Shown here piece by piece: positions 1 to 12,900 of a stretch of DNA of 64,000 nucleotides (the first letter of the stretch is position 1; each line of letters opens with the position of its first letter). The notes beneath the pieces were generated by a model. That model was given only the letters and a program-made list of their open reading frames with translations. It was not told the DNA's origin and ran no database searches. Source of the stretch: Paragordius varius (lineage: Eukaryota > Animalia > Nematomorpha); assembly GCA_964247055.1 (NCBI GenBank), contig OZ176056.1:6200001-6264000 (forward strand), written 5' to 3'. A program made the position numbers and the translations under genes.

Positions 1-2276
1 AACATACACTGTTAAAATTGTCCATATAGTAAATGGATGTTTTAGAATGCAAATCCAATACATGGTTATTTTCGAATATATTATTTTTTAAGAAACGATG
101 TTAAATAACCTTGTTTATTAGTATAGGTATAACTTAAAATCGCTATAGTATACAAATATAAGTAAGGTCAGAAAAAACTAATATGTTTTAATTGTAATTT
201 AAAATGAATTTTAAAATACCAGACTTATTAAACAAATACAATTTTGAATATTTTTCAAAGTTTGGTCAAAATGTATTCGTATTATATATAACATTTATAG
301 TTTTATTATATTTATAAAAGAAATTTTAAATATTATTTATAAAGCGATTCCAATTTTATCATATAATATAATTGATACTCAACATGATATAGTAATGCTT
401 TTGCGGAACTGATTTCTAGGACTTATCCGTAGTCTTTTTACATTAAAAAGAAATACCATAAGAAATTTTAAAACTTTTACAATATTTTAGAAAGTTACTT
501 TCTGAATCTGTTTTTTATTTTATAAATATTTCAGATCTAAGAGTGTGCGTCCAAAATAGGGATTAAAAAATAAAATTTAATGAACCATATATCATTCGAT
601 AATGCCTCATTATAATCAATAACTAAACGATACATGCGGTTAAAACACTAAAAAATGTTATTTTAATGTTTCTGTTATTAACCAAAATCAAAAAAACGCA
701 TTTTTATATATTAGGTCAAATGATACAATAATTTAAATTACGTCATCTATATTTAATCAAATATAGCATAAATTCTAGAAAAATATTATTTTACACTTTT
801 TCCGAAGGTCCCAGAAAGATTTACAAGAATATAAGAAAAAAATCGAACTTAAGCATCAATTTTGAATCATTAAGTTATTAATATGCGGTAAAAGATTTAA
901 ATTTTTATAAAAACGATCATGTATAGATTAGAAGTTACCCAATATATCGCCTTAAAAACAAGTCTTATATTAAAAATTTCGATAATTTCCACGAAAGCGG
1001 AGACTGCATATCAAAACATTTAATATACTATTATAAATAAATACCTTTTCTATACATTTCGATGCAGAAAATGGGATCTATCATCTCAGGTTTTACCAAT
1101 TTTATTAATCGAAAATCTTGATTATATATTTTTATCTCCATTTTGACTTTTAGTTCAGGCTTTAAGCATAAAAATTCCCTAAATCAAAGTCTAGGAAGAT
1201 CATTTTTTTGGCATTGTTGTATGGAAAAGTATATATATTATATTTAATTGAATATTTTGTTAAATTTATACGCAGCTTCCGCTTGCGTGCAAATTAACAA
1301 AAAAATTTCTTTTTTTATGAAACCTAAATTTTTTAATGTGATAATTTAATAAACTCTATATAAGTTAGTATATTGTTTTAATAGAATTAAATATTTTACT
1401 GAATATTTACAAATTTTTATGATTCAAATTTGAGTGCGATTTTTAGCTTATTATCTCGTAAATCGTTCTGGGACACTCGGATAAAGCGTGAAAATTCTTT
1501 TGTTAATATTTCTATGTTGATTAAAAATAAAATTTAGTTTACGAATTTTCATCTTTTGTAATTATTTTATTTGACCTGATATGCGATAAAAATGCTTGGC
1601 TTTGGCAAATTATAAAAAATTAATATAATTTTTTTCTAGTATTTTAACTGCAATTATTATGAAGCTTTAGCTATCGAATTGATATTAAAACTAATGCAAA
1701 TAACTATTTAATTATAATTATTATAAAAATTTTATTCTTAAAGTTAGGCAGGTATTTTTGTTAGAGCCTTAAGGTGGATTTATTATAAAAAGACTCTTTT
1801 TCAAAGTTTCACATAATTCATTCCAATTAAAACTAACTGCTATTAGAGGAATATTTTTGTTTTAAACGTAGCGACGTTAAGGTCAAATGAAAATAAAGAA
1901 GAATTCGATTCATTCTATGTTAAACCTTTAAACATTGACCCATTTAAAGGTAGATGAAACACATTTAGATAGAAAATAAAATGCAAATAATGGTCGAGAA
2001 AAATATAGTTATTACAAATTTGCAGAATTAGAAACCGGTATTAATTAAAACTTGTAATGTGTTATAAAATATTTTTAAATAAAAAACGTAATTACTGATA
2101 ATAATTTTTTAACTTGTAAACAACAATTGCAATGACTATATACCATTTTTAGAACATTGACACATATTGTCACTTAATATTTTACAATTTACATCATTTA
2201 ACACGCATTTGATTGTTTAATTTCAAATTCATCTAGTCAAATTTAAATCAGAAGAAAGTTTTATCAAAAGCTCTCT

Positions 2277-4108
2277 ATGGCAGCCACAACTGAATACAAA
2301 AAAATGGTAGATGATCTCATAAAAGGGAAACATTTACTCTCAGCAGCTATCTTAGGGAAAGATGGAAGTATCCAAGCCAGTAGTCCAGGTTTTCAAGTTT
2401 CAAAAGACGAAGCAAAAGCTTTGGCTGACGGTAAAACGTTTTTTTATTTAACGAACATTGTTTTGATATTTTATTAGAAATTTGGAAAATAAAATATGCA
2501 TTTTTTAGGTGTTTTGATTTTACTTTTGAAACGTTTTTCTTTTTACGTAGTGAAATTTTGGCTATCAAAATATAAAAACCTTAACTATGGGCGCATTTGT
2601 CTAAGTATAGGCTAAGAGTAATTTAAATTTTTTTTATAATGTTGAACGTAATAGATTTGATGGGGTATTTAATATATAATGATTTATAAATATTTAAGCA
2701 CTATTAATAAAGCCCAATTTTCGCGCTGCACATTAATATTTATATAATAAATTATAGATTTAGAATCAAACCATATTTTTAGAAAAAGTGGCACACAGTT
2801 TATTTTATAGGTGTGTGACAAGAATTAACGTTTTATCACAGAAATGAGGTGGAAATGTTAATAGAAACCACAATCAGCACTATTTAACCTTAGCAATAAA
2901 TTTTTGCATTTCTTTAAACCACAGAAATTAAATATATAGACTTAACCGTAATCAACAAGATTTCTTTGTTATACTGTAGCGTGTGTTATAAAACTAATTT
3001 TGCCACAATTAAATACATAAGAAATATAAGATAGTGAAATTTATACAATTCAACTATTTTGTTGTATTCCATACATCACTATGTAACCAATTTACCTTCC
3101 TATAATGTGATGGAGTTAGCTTATTCATACTGTGATAAACTCAACCACATGTATATAAAGCCGAAAAAAGATTATTAATAATTTTGAGCCAAAATTATTT
3201 GGATCTAAGAAATTAGCTAATATTCTTTTGGATTGAATTTAAGTTTTGAAAATTGTTGCAAAATATCGGCCCTTTAAATTTGTCTTATAAAACAATTTAT
3301 ATTAGCCAACTGTTTTATTCATCTGGACAATTTTTGCATTGTCTATTGTAATGTAATTAACGTCGGTTCCAATTTTTGGTAGGTTTTAAACCAAAACTGT
3401 TTCTGTGGAAACGGAGTTTATTTTTTAAAAACACCCAAAAATAATTTTTCAAATCTCGAGCTGTTGTAAATAACCAGAAAACTCTATTTTTTTCTATTAG
3501 TTTTTAAATTGAGTGTAATATACCATTTTTCAGTCCAAAGCGCATTTTTTAAGCAAAAACATTTAAAAACGCAACATTTTTTCATTTGCCTTGCATGAAA
3601 AATGTTGCGTTTGCTTAAAAAATGTTGCCTTTGTTTGAAAAAATGTTGCTTTTGACTGAAAAATGGTATACATTTTAATCATTAGATTTTTATTTAATTT
3701 CAGAGAAAAGGTACCATACGATTAATTTGTGGCTTATATGATTAGGATATTTAGAAATTTATAATCAAAATCAGAACCATTAATTCCTATGTACTTATAA
3801 AAAACTATCTGCAAAATTTAATCTTTTTTGTTTTCAAAAATAAAAATAATTTTTTCTAATGTCAAGGTTTCGAACACAGTGATGTGATTGCCCAAAAAGG
3901 CCTTTCGATCGCTGGAAAAAAGTATCAATTCCTTAGCAAAACGGCGAATTTCATTAAAACTAAAGGAGCTGCTGATAAGGGGGGAAGTGTGGTTGGGAAA
4001 ACTCAAAAAAATATTGTTCTAGGAGTTTATGATGAAAAAATGGGTGTAGATAATTGCACTAAAGCTCTAGAAGCCGTCACTGAAAAATTGAAAAAATCAG
4101 GACTTTAA
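2277..4108 (+). CDS. Profilin, 2 exons (2277-2430, 3867-4108), ~131 aa
   Basis: The phase-1 GT-AG intron 2431-3866 joins ...EAKALADG to FEHSDVIAQKGLSIAGKKYQFL. Profilin-like motifs are SAAILGKDGS, GLSIAGKKY, KT-x-x-x-IVLGVY and the C-terminal helix. Confidence 0.85.
3515..3675. mobile_element. Foldback MITE with ~22-bp tandem-repeat arms (copy 1, in the profilin intron)
   Basis: Inverted ends ataccatttttcagtc / gactgaaaaatggtat, with internal tandem units aaaaaatgttgc(n)tttg(n)(n)tg. The same unit recurs at ~23250-23385 and ~42985-43630. Confidence 0.6.
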
Positions 4109-4613
4109 ATTGAGTGTAATTGAATCACATCAAATGACCATTTCTAATATTAATGTTTTCAATTTCGTAAAAAAACAAAATAAAATAATGCTACAATGTT
4201 ACTACAATCAATGATGTTAACTATGTATCTAATAAATTATTAACAATGTAGATGTAAATATATTGTTAAACTTAAGTTTACATAATCAGAGAAATAAAAG
4301 ATATCAGAAATCATAACAAGCTTCAATGGTGCTTTTGTTTATATTTGAAGCTACAAGTCACATAAGATTCCCTTTTGTGTTTTCAACTAAAATATGCAAA
4401 ATTTTTGCTAAAAACTTTAACTAAATACATTGATATTTCGAGCCAATGATTTAACGAAACAGTGTTATTATTTTTGGTAGTGATATAATTAGAAATCTGT
4501 AGTAGGAAAGTATTTTAATAAAAAATTATTTAAAGCCGGCAATACATATTATAAAAAGAATTTTTTGCAAACAAACGTTTCATTATTGGATATTGTTTAC
4601 GCTGAAGTGTGAT

Positions 4614-5000
4614 TGTATTATTATATATGCAATTATAATTCAGCTAAAATTATATAAATTTATTATGATATTTCGATTACTACAAGTAGTCAAACGTAAA
4701 AAATAAAATTAAAATATAAACTCAAATTTAAATTATAAAGTAAAAATACTTAATGAAATACCAAACTAAAAAAACATGTGTGTATTGTTATTAGGAAAAA
4801 TGTTTGTTCTGTTATTATTAACAATACACACATGTTTTTTTAGTTTCATATTTCATTAAATATTTTTATTTTATAATTTAAATTTTAGTTTATATTTTAA
4901 TTTTATTTTTTACGTTTGACAAAGATTACTTGTAGTAATCAAAATATCATAATAAATTTATATAATTTAGCTGAATTATAATTGCATATATAATAATACA
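4614..5000. repeat. Long near-perfect inverted repeat (foldback hairpin)
   Basis: Arm 4614-4790 is the reverse complement of 4819-5000 (for example tatatgcaattataattcagctaaaattatataaatttattatgatat), with a ~28-nt loop. Confidence 0.9.
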
Positions 5001-5052
5001 GATTATAAAATTATACAATATTTCATGAAGTTTACATATTTTATGGGATATG

Positions 5053-6891
5053 GGGCCTGCTGAATAAAAACAAGTATCTACTGGGTAGTAGGTGCTTGAT
5101 AGTATGTACCAGTTTTTGAAAAAACATTGAATAAAAATAGGTACTTACTATCATGTACGTACTTAAGTCTTTAGTATGTGTAAAATGTTTATTTTCATTT
5201 TGTTTTTTTGTTTTTTTTCGATTTCATTCATAAAATGCCTTTGAAAAATTTATAATGTAAAATAGAAAGTCTAAATTTTGGAAAATAAATATCGATTATC
5301 AACCCAATATTTTAAATAATGCAATTATTAACATACATTTATTTATACACAAAAATATATTAAAATAATGTTTGAACAATTGAATCTCGTTTCATTTTGC
5401 CAGCCTTGAGTATTTGGGTTAGATCAATATTTGTTTCACAATCCTCCACATATTCAATATCAAAATATGAATTACTATCAAAATCTGTTAAGGGTTCGTT
5501 AATATATTTGGATACATTATGTAAAATGGAACATGTTAAAATAAGTTTTGGTATTCGTTTTAGACTTATACGAATTTTGTTACCGAGTATGGGAAATCGG
5601 GCCTTCATCTGACCGAAATACTTCTTTCAGAACAATATAATTTATTGAATTTTATCTCGTTATCGATAATCGTATTTTTGAAGGGGGTTAGGAGCCAGGG
5701 TGATATTGGATATCCATTATCACCTAACAAACAAAAATCATTTTGTTTGCACATATATGACTGCACAATCGTGTTTCGCCATATCCTTGAATCATGTACA
5801 GATCCTGGCCATTGTACATCAACGGATGTAATTTCTTCATTGGCATTACATGTAAATTGTACATTGAGGGTACATCGACCCTTTCGATTTATGTAGGCCT
5901 CAACATTTTCTTTAGGTCTTATTATTTCAAAGTATGAACAATCAATTCAACCAATAGCAGGTGGCATTTTATATTATGGATAGCCATAATTTATTACCCA
6001 TATTAAGCTCTTCAAATGACTTGGGAATTTTTACCAAATGAGATTTTGATACGATTTCGTCCATAACTTTAGGTATATGCATATTGTGGAACTATGAACA
6101 TTAAAATCATGTCCTATACCCGCTTGATATCCCGGATCTCCAAGAAATCTTACACAAAATCTAGATTTATGATATTATAAATACCTCCATTTGCATCCTG
6201 GGAGTTAGTTTCCTTAAAGATATATTTAATTTTTAACCAAAATATGAAAAGATCATTTTATCTTAGTCATAACTCGAATTTGAATAAATCGGTGGTTATA
6301 GCTTCATTCAAAAATATTCACTCAAATATATAAAATTTAAATGTTTATAAAATAAAATTAAGGTCATTATAAAGTATATAAACTCAAATATTTTACACAA
6401 AAATGAAATAATCGAAGAAAATGATATGATTGTGGACATTCTTGAAAAAAACCAATATTTTTTAACAAGAGTAATAATCTCTGCAAATTGAACTCACAAA
6501 GCCTAATATAGAGAAGGAAAAAAAATTATTAATAACAAATAATATTTAATTAATATATTAATAAGTTTATATATATATATATATATATATGAATCATGTA
6601 ATTTTAAAAAACATTTATCTTAGAAATTTTATAAAAATATAACCGATATTATTTTAAGTGAAAAAATAGTAGTTTAAAATGTTGCCATTTACCAGCTTAA
6701 AAAAAACCAGTAAGTACTAGGTAAAATTTGTAAAAAGACAATTTTTATTCAATGATATTTGTCAGTAAATACTGGTAAACATAGTACGTACTGGATAGTA
6801 AAAGCAATATATTTTTTTATTCAATACATAGCTAGTATATTCTAGAAAAAACCTAGTTTTTAGTGTATACTAGCTTTTATTCAGCAGGCCC
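5053..6891 (-). mobile_element. PIF/Harbinger DNA transposon, both ends intact, decayed transposase
   Basis: TIRs GGGCCTGCTGAATAAAA / TTTTATTCAGCAGGCCC with a 3-bp TSD ATG (5050-5052 and 6892-6894), plus internal HARBI1-type coding sequence. Confidence 0.9.
5360..6200 (-). pseudogene. HARBI1-like DDE transposase remnant
   Basis: Minus-strand motifs RFLGDPGYQAGIGHDFNVHSSTIC, PPAIG*IDCS (stop at 5947-5949), YINRKGRCTLNVQ, WPGSVHDSRI, GDNGYP and MKARFPIL...CSILHN. Confidence 0.85.
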
Positions 6892-8203
6892 ATGGTTTAA
6901 TGTTTGAAACGGAAATGTATTATTTCTACGTAAGTAGATGTGAAAATATGATTAAAAAAATAAATTGCTTAAGGAATAAATATACTATAAAATCGTAGTA
7001 TATAAATCAATTTACACATTTCTTGACAAAAAACATTTTTGGATATTTTAAATCATTATTTCAATTACTTTTTAATGTATGGAAAAAATTGAAGCAGCAT
7101 AAATCCAGATTTTTCGAACTAAAAATTAAATTAAATGGTATATTAATTATTAATAAATATATATATTATATAGACTCATGGATAAAAAGTAGTAAATATA
7201 TATTTTTAACCCGAATCTTCCAAAAAATATATAGCTCATGCCTAAGTTTTAAACTTTTTTATTGATGATTAAAGGGTTACCGATTGATTAGATATACAAA
7301 ACTTTTAAAATCCGTATCAAAATGTTTTCCCATCGCAAAAATGTTTGTCATTATTAGCAGTGTTATTACCTCAACTATGGAAGATTATTTATTGGGAGGC
7401 GGGATAAACCTTGATTATTAGGCACCGCATATATAATCTTTTTTAACAATAATTTTATTTGGCATCAAGTGTAGAAAAATTGGTTTTATAATGTATACTG
7501 GTTTTAGTGTTTTAGCATGCTTCGTATTCTTTGCAAAAAACATAATTTTTTAATCAAGTATGCATTTTTAAGAACAAATTAATTTTGATATAATTTAGCT
7601 ATAAAATTTTTTATATCGCAATCTGAGCTAAAATAAATATTTTGTTAAGACGCATTCGGCTTACACTAAAAATTAATACAACATTCGACAATTCGCATTT
7701 TGATTTTGTAAATAAATAGCAAAATTCAATTTGTGTGCCCTGCGAAATTTAATTTAAATTAAACAAAATATTAAAAAACAAAAAATAATGATTAAAATGC
7801 ATTAAGTATACTTAAAAAAAGTTTTTTTATCTACTTATTAAAGTATTTTTTCAAGGAACCTAAATATAGAGTAAAACATATATGTTTATATAATTTTCTT
7901 CATAAATAAAATTACATTCATCCATTAATTAACAATTATATTTTGATATAACCAATAAAAATGTAAAATATAGGATATATAGACTAGAGTATTCCAAATA
8001 TATAAAAAATTGGGTGAAATTGTGCCCTCTTGATAGTATATATACGGTGATGTAGAGTGTGTTTGATACATATATATCTTATATTTTAAATAATTTTTGC
8101 AACATTGCTAATTTATTACTGTTCAATATACACTGTGTAATTATTTCTATCCCAATGTCTTAAAATCTTTAATGTATCGCACCAAATTCCAACATATATA
8201 TTT

Positions 8204-9898
8204 TCAAAATATTTTCAATGTAGTAATCCAACGAGCCATATATGGTATAGGTCCAGACACTAAACTTGTAAATAGCGCAAATTTCGTGAACGTGTATACA
8301 TAAATATAAAATTTCCAGCCATTTTCAGTCGGTAGAATTGGGTATGGAATATTGTATGCATATACACCAAGAAATAATGAAAAAGTGACTCTCAATATGC
8401 ATTCAAGCATATTGTTATGTTGATGTATAAATGCAAAATAGTTTTTAGTTTTGTGATTAGGTGTATTCAAAGGGTCGAAGTTTCGTTCAAGTTGATTAAT
8501 AATATCATTTGCTCGAGATACATGTCCCCGTAAACCATTTTTCGCAGGATATATTTCACTACCCTTTCCTAGCTGGTGTTTCCTTACATATCCACTACTG
8601 TAACAAAACGCAAGTGATTGAGTTAGAGCTAGACCCATCAAAGTACCTACACTCCGTGCCAGTGTGACAAAAGGTGTCGTATTAAAGTTGACAAAGGCCC
8701 GCAGTGCACAATATTTGTAAGCCATACGGATAGAATGATCTGGACTCAAACCGGCCCAATGGAGGGCAGTGTAAAGGGCTAACCCTGTTATGGGAACTAG
8801 GGCGCATGTTAACAACCGAGGCTTTGTAAGTACAAAAGTTGCTGTATACCATGCGGCTAAACCTAAATAATTGCAAAATATCATGTTATTTGTGAAATTT
8901 TAAGTGTGAAAAATGGTCGGTTTTTGAAAAAAAAGATTCTATTTAAAACTTGATAAACAAAATTTGGTATCCGAAATGTAAATATGATATAGTATGTTTT
9001 ATTAGTTTATTTTTTTACCAATTTACTTTAATTTATATAGTATTATAGTAAAACTATATAAATTATATGGACAAAACGTAAATGACAAATGTTTCCAAAA
9101 AACCATACACCTTGATTTTTCTTATATAAATTAGTTATTACATTTGTAAAAAATATAATAGATTATGTCACCAATGTTTTCATAAATTCATATAAAAGAT
9201 AGATAATTACACAAAGCAATATTAAAATAACTAGTATTGTAATTTTGTATACCTCCAACCATCCCAAAAAAGATTTGATGTGGGAAATGGGCCGCAATAT
9301 ACAATCGAGATAATCCAATACCAGTAAGTAGAATTGTTAATGAACCAAATAACACCACAATGCTAAACAAAACGTTTAAAAATAATTTAAAATTGTATAG
9401 CAAATGATTATAAAATTATATATAAACAAGGTGAGTTTTCTTAAAACCTTTACTCATAAAAATTAAAAAATATGTAAAATCAGCGATCATCGAATTTGCT
9501 TAATTACCCATTTTTGTTTCCTACAACGAGGAAACTAAACTTTATTTGACATAAAATAAATTCAAAAAACTATATTCCAATTCCTTACATAAAATTGTGA
9601 ATTAAACTTCTCCGTTTATTAACATTGGTGCCAAGGACTTTTAGTTGATTGAGGGCAAAATAAAGCAATCCAACGTAAACGCACGTAGCTACCATCATAT
9701 GACCAGAAGGGTTTCCTGCAATTATACAAAAAAGAAATAAGTATTTATTAAAATTAAAGTTTCTGATTAAAACTTTATTTTGGTGTAAAATGTAAGTGAT
9801 CAATTTCCTAATCGAGATATGTGGTTTTAAAAGCTATACCTTTATTGCAGAAACGATCAAAAAAAAATTCAAAAATATTTAGATTGATTTTTAACTAT

Positions 9899-9944
<46 letters not shown>

Positions 9945-12900
9945 TTTTATTATTTCAAAATAATTTTAGTTTCCCTAAATCAATATAAATGAAACATTTT
10001 AAATTCTAAAAAATATGTTAATTAAAAAGTTTAATTGATTATAATGTAAACCAAATAAAATATTTTCCATTGAATTAAATAGCTTTATATATCCGATTTA
10101 CATACAATTTAAATTATATTTTTCCTACTGAAAAAAAATCTTTATTTTTTGTCGAGTTTTCGATAATAACCCCGTCGCTGAACCAAATTATAAGGCATGT
10201 ATAATTCGAATCACTTAAAATCTAATTGCAAAATTAAAAATTATTTGTTATGATATTTTTTTTAATATGCAATAAAAATTATCGACAGAATAGACCCCAA
10301 AAATGTAAACCCTAATGATAAATGGTTATAATACAAAAATACAATAATTTAAGAGTTAAATGTTTAGTTTAACAAGAAGGCTAAATTAAGAATAAATATT
10401 AATTAGGGGCAATTAAATACGTATTTATGGTAGTATTAATTTTGTAAAATTAATTTTAGCTTGATATCATATAGAGATAATAAAAAGTTTTTAAATGCAT
10501 ATCTATATCGTATCGTCTTTGTGTAATGGCTAGCCATTGTATCCGTATAGAAGTTGTCTGTAATATTTGCGATCCTGCCAGGCGTTATCATCAATGTTGG
10601 CAACACTTAAATCATTATTTATTGTTTTTTCCCAGTTGAATGTTGGTCTCCCCCTGCGATTGTTACCTTCGGGATGTAGGGATAAAATTTTATTTGTCCA
10701 TTGTTCTGGAGCACGTTTGATGTGTCCGAAATATCTAAGCCTATTTTTTCTGAGCATGACATTTAAAGGTTCAATTTGGTAGAGTTGATGTAAATTTGAA
10801 TTTGACTTATTGGGTTGGAATAAATTTAGTATCCGTTTTTCTAAGTTCATTAGTTTTTTCTCGATTGAATCTGTCATCGGCCACGTTTCGCAACCATACA
10901 GGAGTATGGGACGTATGCCGGCTTTGTAAATCAAACCTTTGTTTTTTGCTGATATGTGTTTATTTTTGAGGACAAATTTAAGTTGATGATATTTTACCCA
11001 AGCCTGTTGGGATCTATATTTAACTGATTGGTTTATTCCACCTAGGCAATGTATGACATCACCCAGGTATTTGAAATTATTCACCAATTCGATTTTGGTG
11101 TCTGCCATATAAACGTAATTTAGGGAAGTGGATGAGTGGTTTATTGTTTTATTTTTACATGATTCACATATAAATTTGTCATTATTGATTAGTTTCCCTT
11201 TTATAAGCGAGCACTTTTTGTGTACCCACTTATTGCATGATGTACATAGGATTGAATTGAGTTTAACATCTAAATCACATACTCCACATGGAAACTTAGG
11301 TCGTTCATATACAGTTTCACCCGTTATCATCACCTTTGTTTTGCTTATATTTATATTCATTCCACCCTTTTCTAAGTGTAATTTCCATGTGTTGTACTTT
11401 TGATTTAATGCTTCCATTGATGTTGCGGTGAGGACAATGTCGTCCGCATAGATAAGTTCCCATGGTGGGCCTTGTTTTATATCTTTTGTTAGGTAATCCA
11501 TTATTAAAATGAAGAGTAGAGGGCTTAGGATGGAGCCTTGATGAAGACCAGATTCGTTTGGAACAAAAGCTGTGTTGCCTAGTGTTAATCTGACGCAGTT
11601 TGTTGTTTTGTAGTACATCATTTCTATTGATTTAATTATCCACTCATCTACATTATTGGCTCGTAGTGTGGATGTGATCAACTTCCTGGGGATACAATCA
11701 AAGGCCCTTTGTAAATCAATAAAAACATGATATAGTTTTTTATTTTTCGCTAAATAGTTCTCTTGCAATCTTCTCAAAATGAAGATTGCATCAATTGTGC
11801 TACTGTTTGGTTTATAGGCATATTGTGATTCCTGTATACTAACGATTGATCTTAGTTTTGATTCAATAATGGATTCAAAAATTTTTAACGGGTGTTCCAA
11901 TAACTTAAGTGGTCGGTAGGAGGAGCAAACGAGTATGTCTCCTTTGTTTTTATAAATGGGTATGATGGTGCTTTTTGACCAATCATTAGGGATGCGATTT
12001 GTTGATAAGATTAGATTGAATATGTTAGTTAAATGTATAATGCATTGTGGTAAAGCTTTGATCATGTCACAGCTGAGTTCAGATGGACCTGTAGCTTTGT
12101 TATTTTTCATCTTGGCCAAGGCATCTCTTACATCGTCTGTTGTTATCAATGGTCGAGGACCAATTGCTGGTGGTTGGTTTATTGTTTCAAAATCATGTTT
12201 TTGTGCAAATTGTTCTTTGTAATACGTTGTCCAGACATTGCTTATGTCACTCCACTCAGTTACTAGTTGTTGATCTTTATCTTTAATGTAGGAAATTGGT
12301 TTAATGTCCTTTTTATTATTGTTAACTGAGTTTATTGTTCGAAAAATCTTAAGATTTTTCATGTCTTGTTCTAATTTTTTAGCTAAATCCAAAGCTTTTT
12401 TGTTGGCTGAAATATTGATGGCTTGTTGTAAATTTTTATTTGATTTGATATATGATTCCAAGTCTCTTTTATCTTTTGTTTGTTTCCATCTTTTATAGTT
12501 ATTGCGTTTAATTTTAATTAAAGGTTTTATGGATTCTGACCACCACAAATTTTGTTGTTTTTTCCTGTATATTTTCTTTCTGCCACAGCAATTAAGCACA
12601 TTTGGGATGATGCTGTTTTTAAAATTATCCCAAGCTTGTTCAGATGTTTTGTGGTTGAGGCTAAGCGATGCATTGACAGTTTCTGAGAGTTGAAGTTTAA
12701 GATCAGGAAGGTGTAATTTTTCTAAGTTTATTTTAGGTTTCTGGTTACTATGGTAATAGGATTTGTTTATTGTTATTATAGCTACAATTAATTTATGTTG
12801 CGTGTCAGTAAGGTATGTTTTAGAGTCTTTAATGAATTTTCTATCTTGAATGGGTGTTAAAATGTAGTCTACCATAGAATTTTGATTACCACTTGTATAA

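Noticed and set aside
1-2276. GC-rich specks (for example cgcagcttccgcttgcgtgc near 1270) upstream of profilin
   Set aside because: No ORF, RNA gene or repeat boundary could be supported.
10567-12693. Several plus-strand ORFs over the RTE element, and similar ORFs opposite the Gly/Tyr genes and other CDSs
   Set aside because: They are antisense shadows of real coding sequence with no independent motifs.
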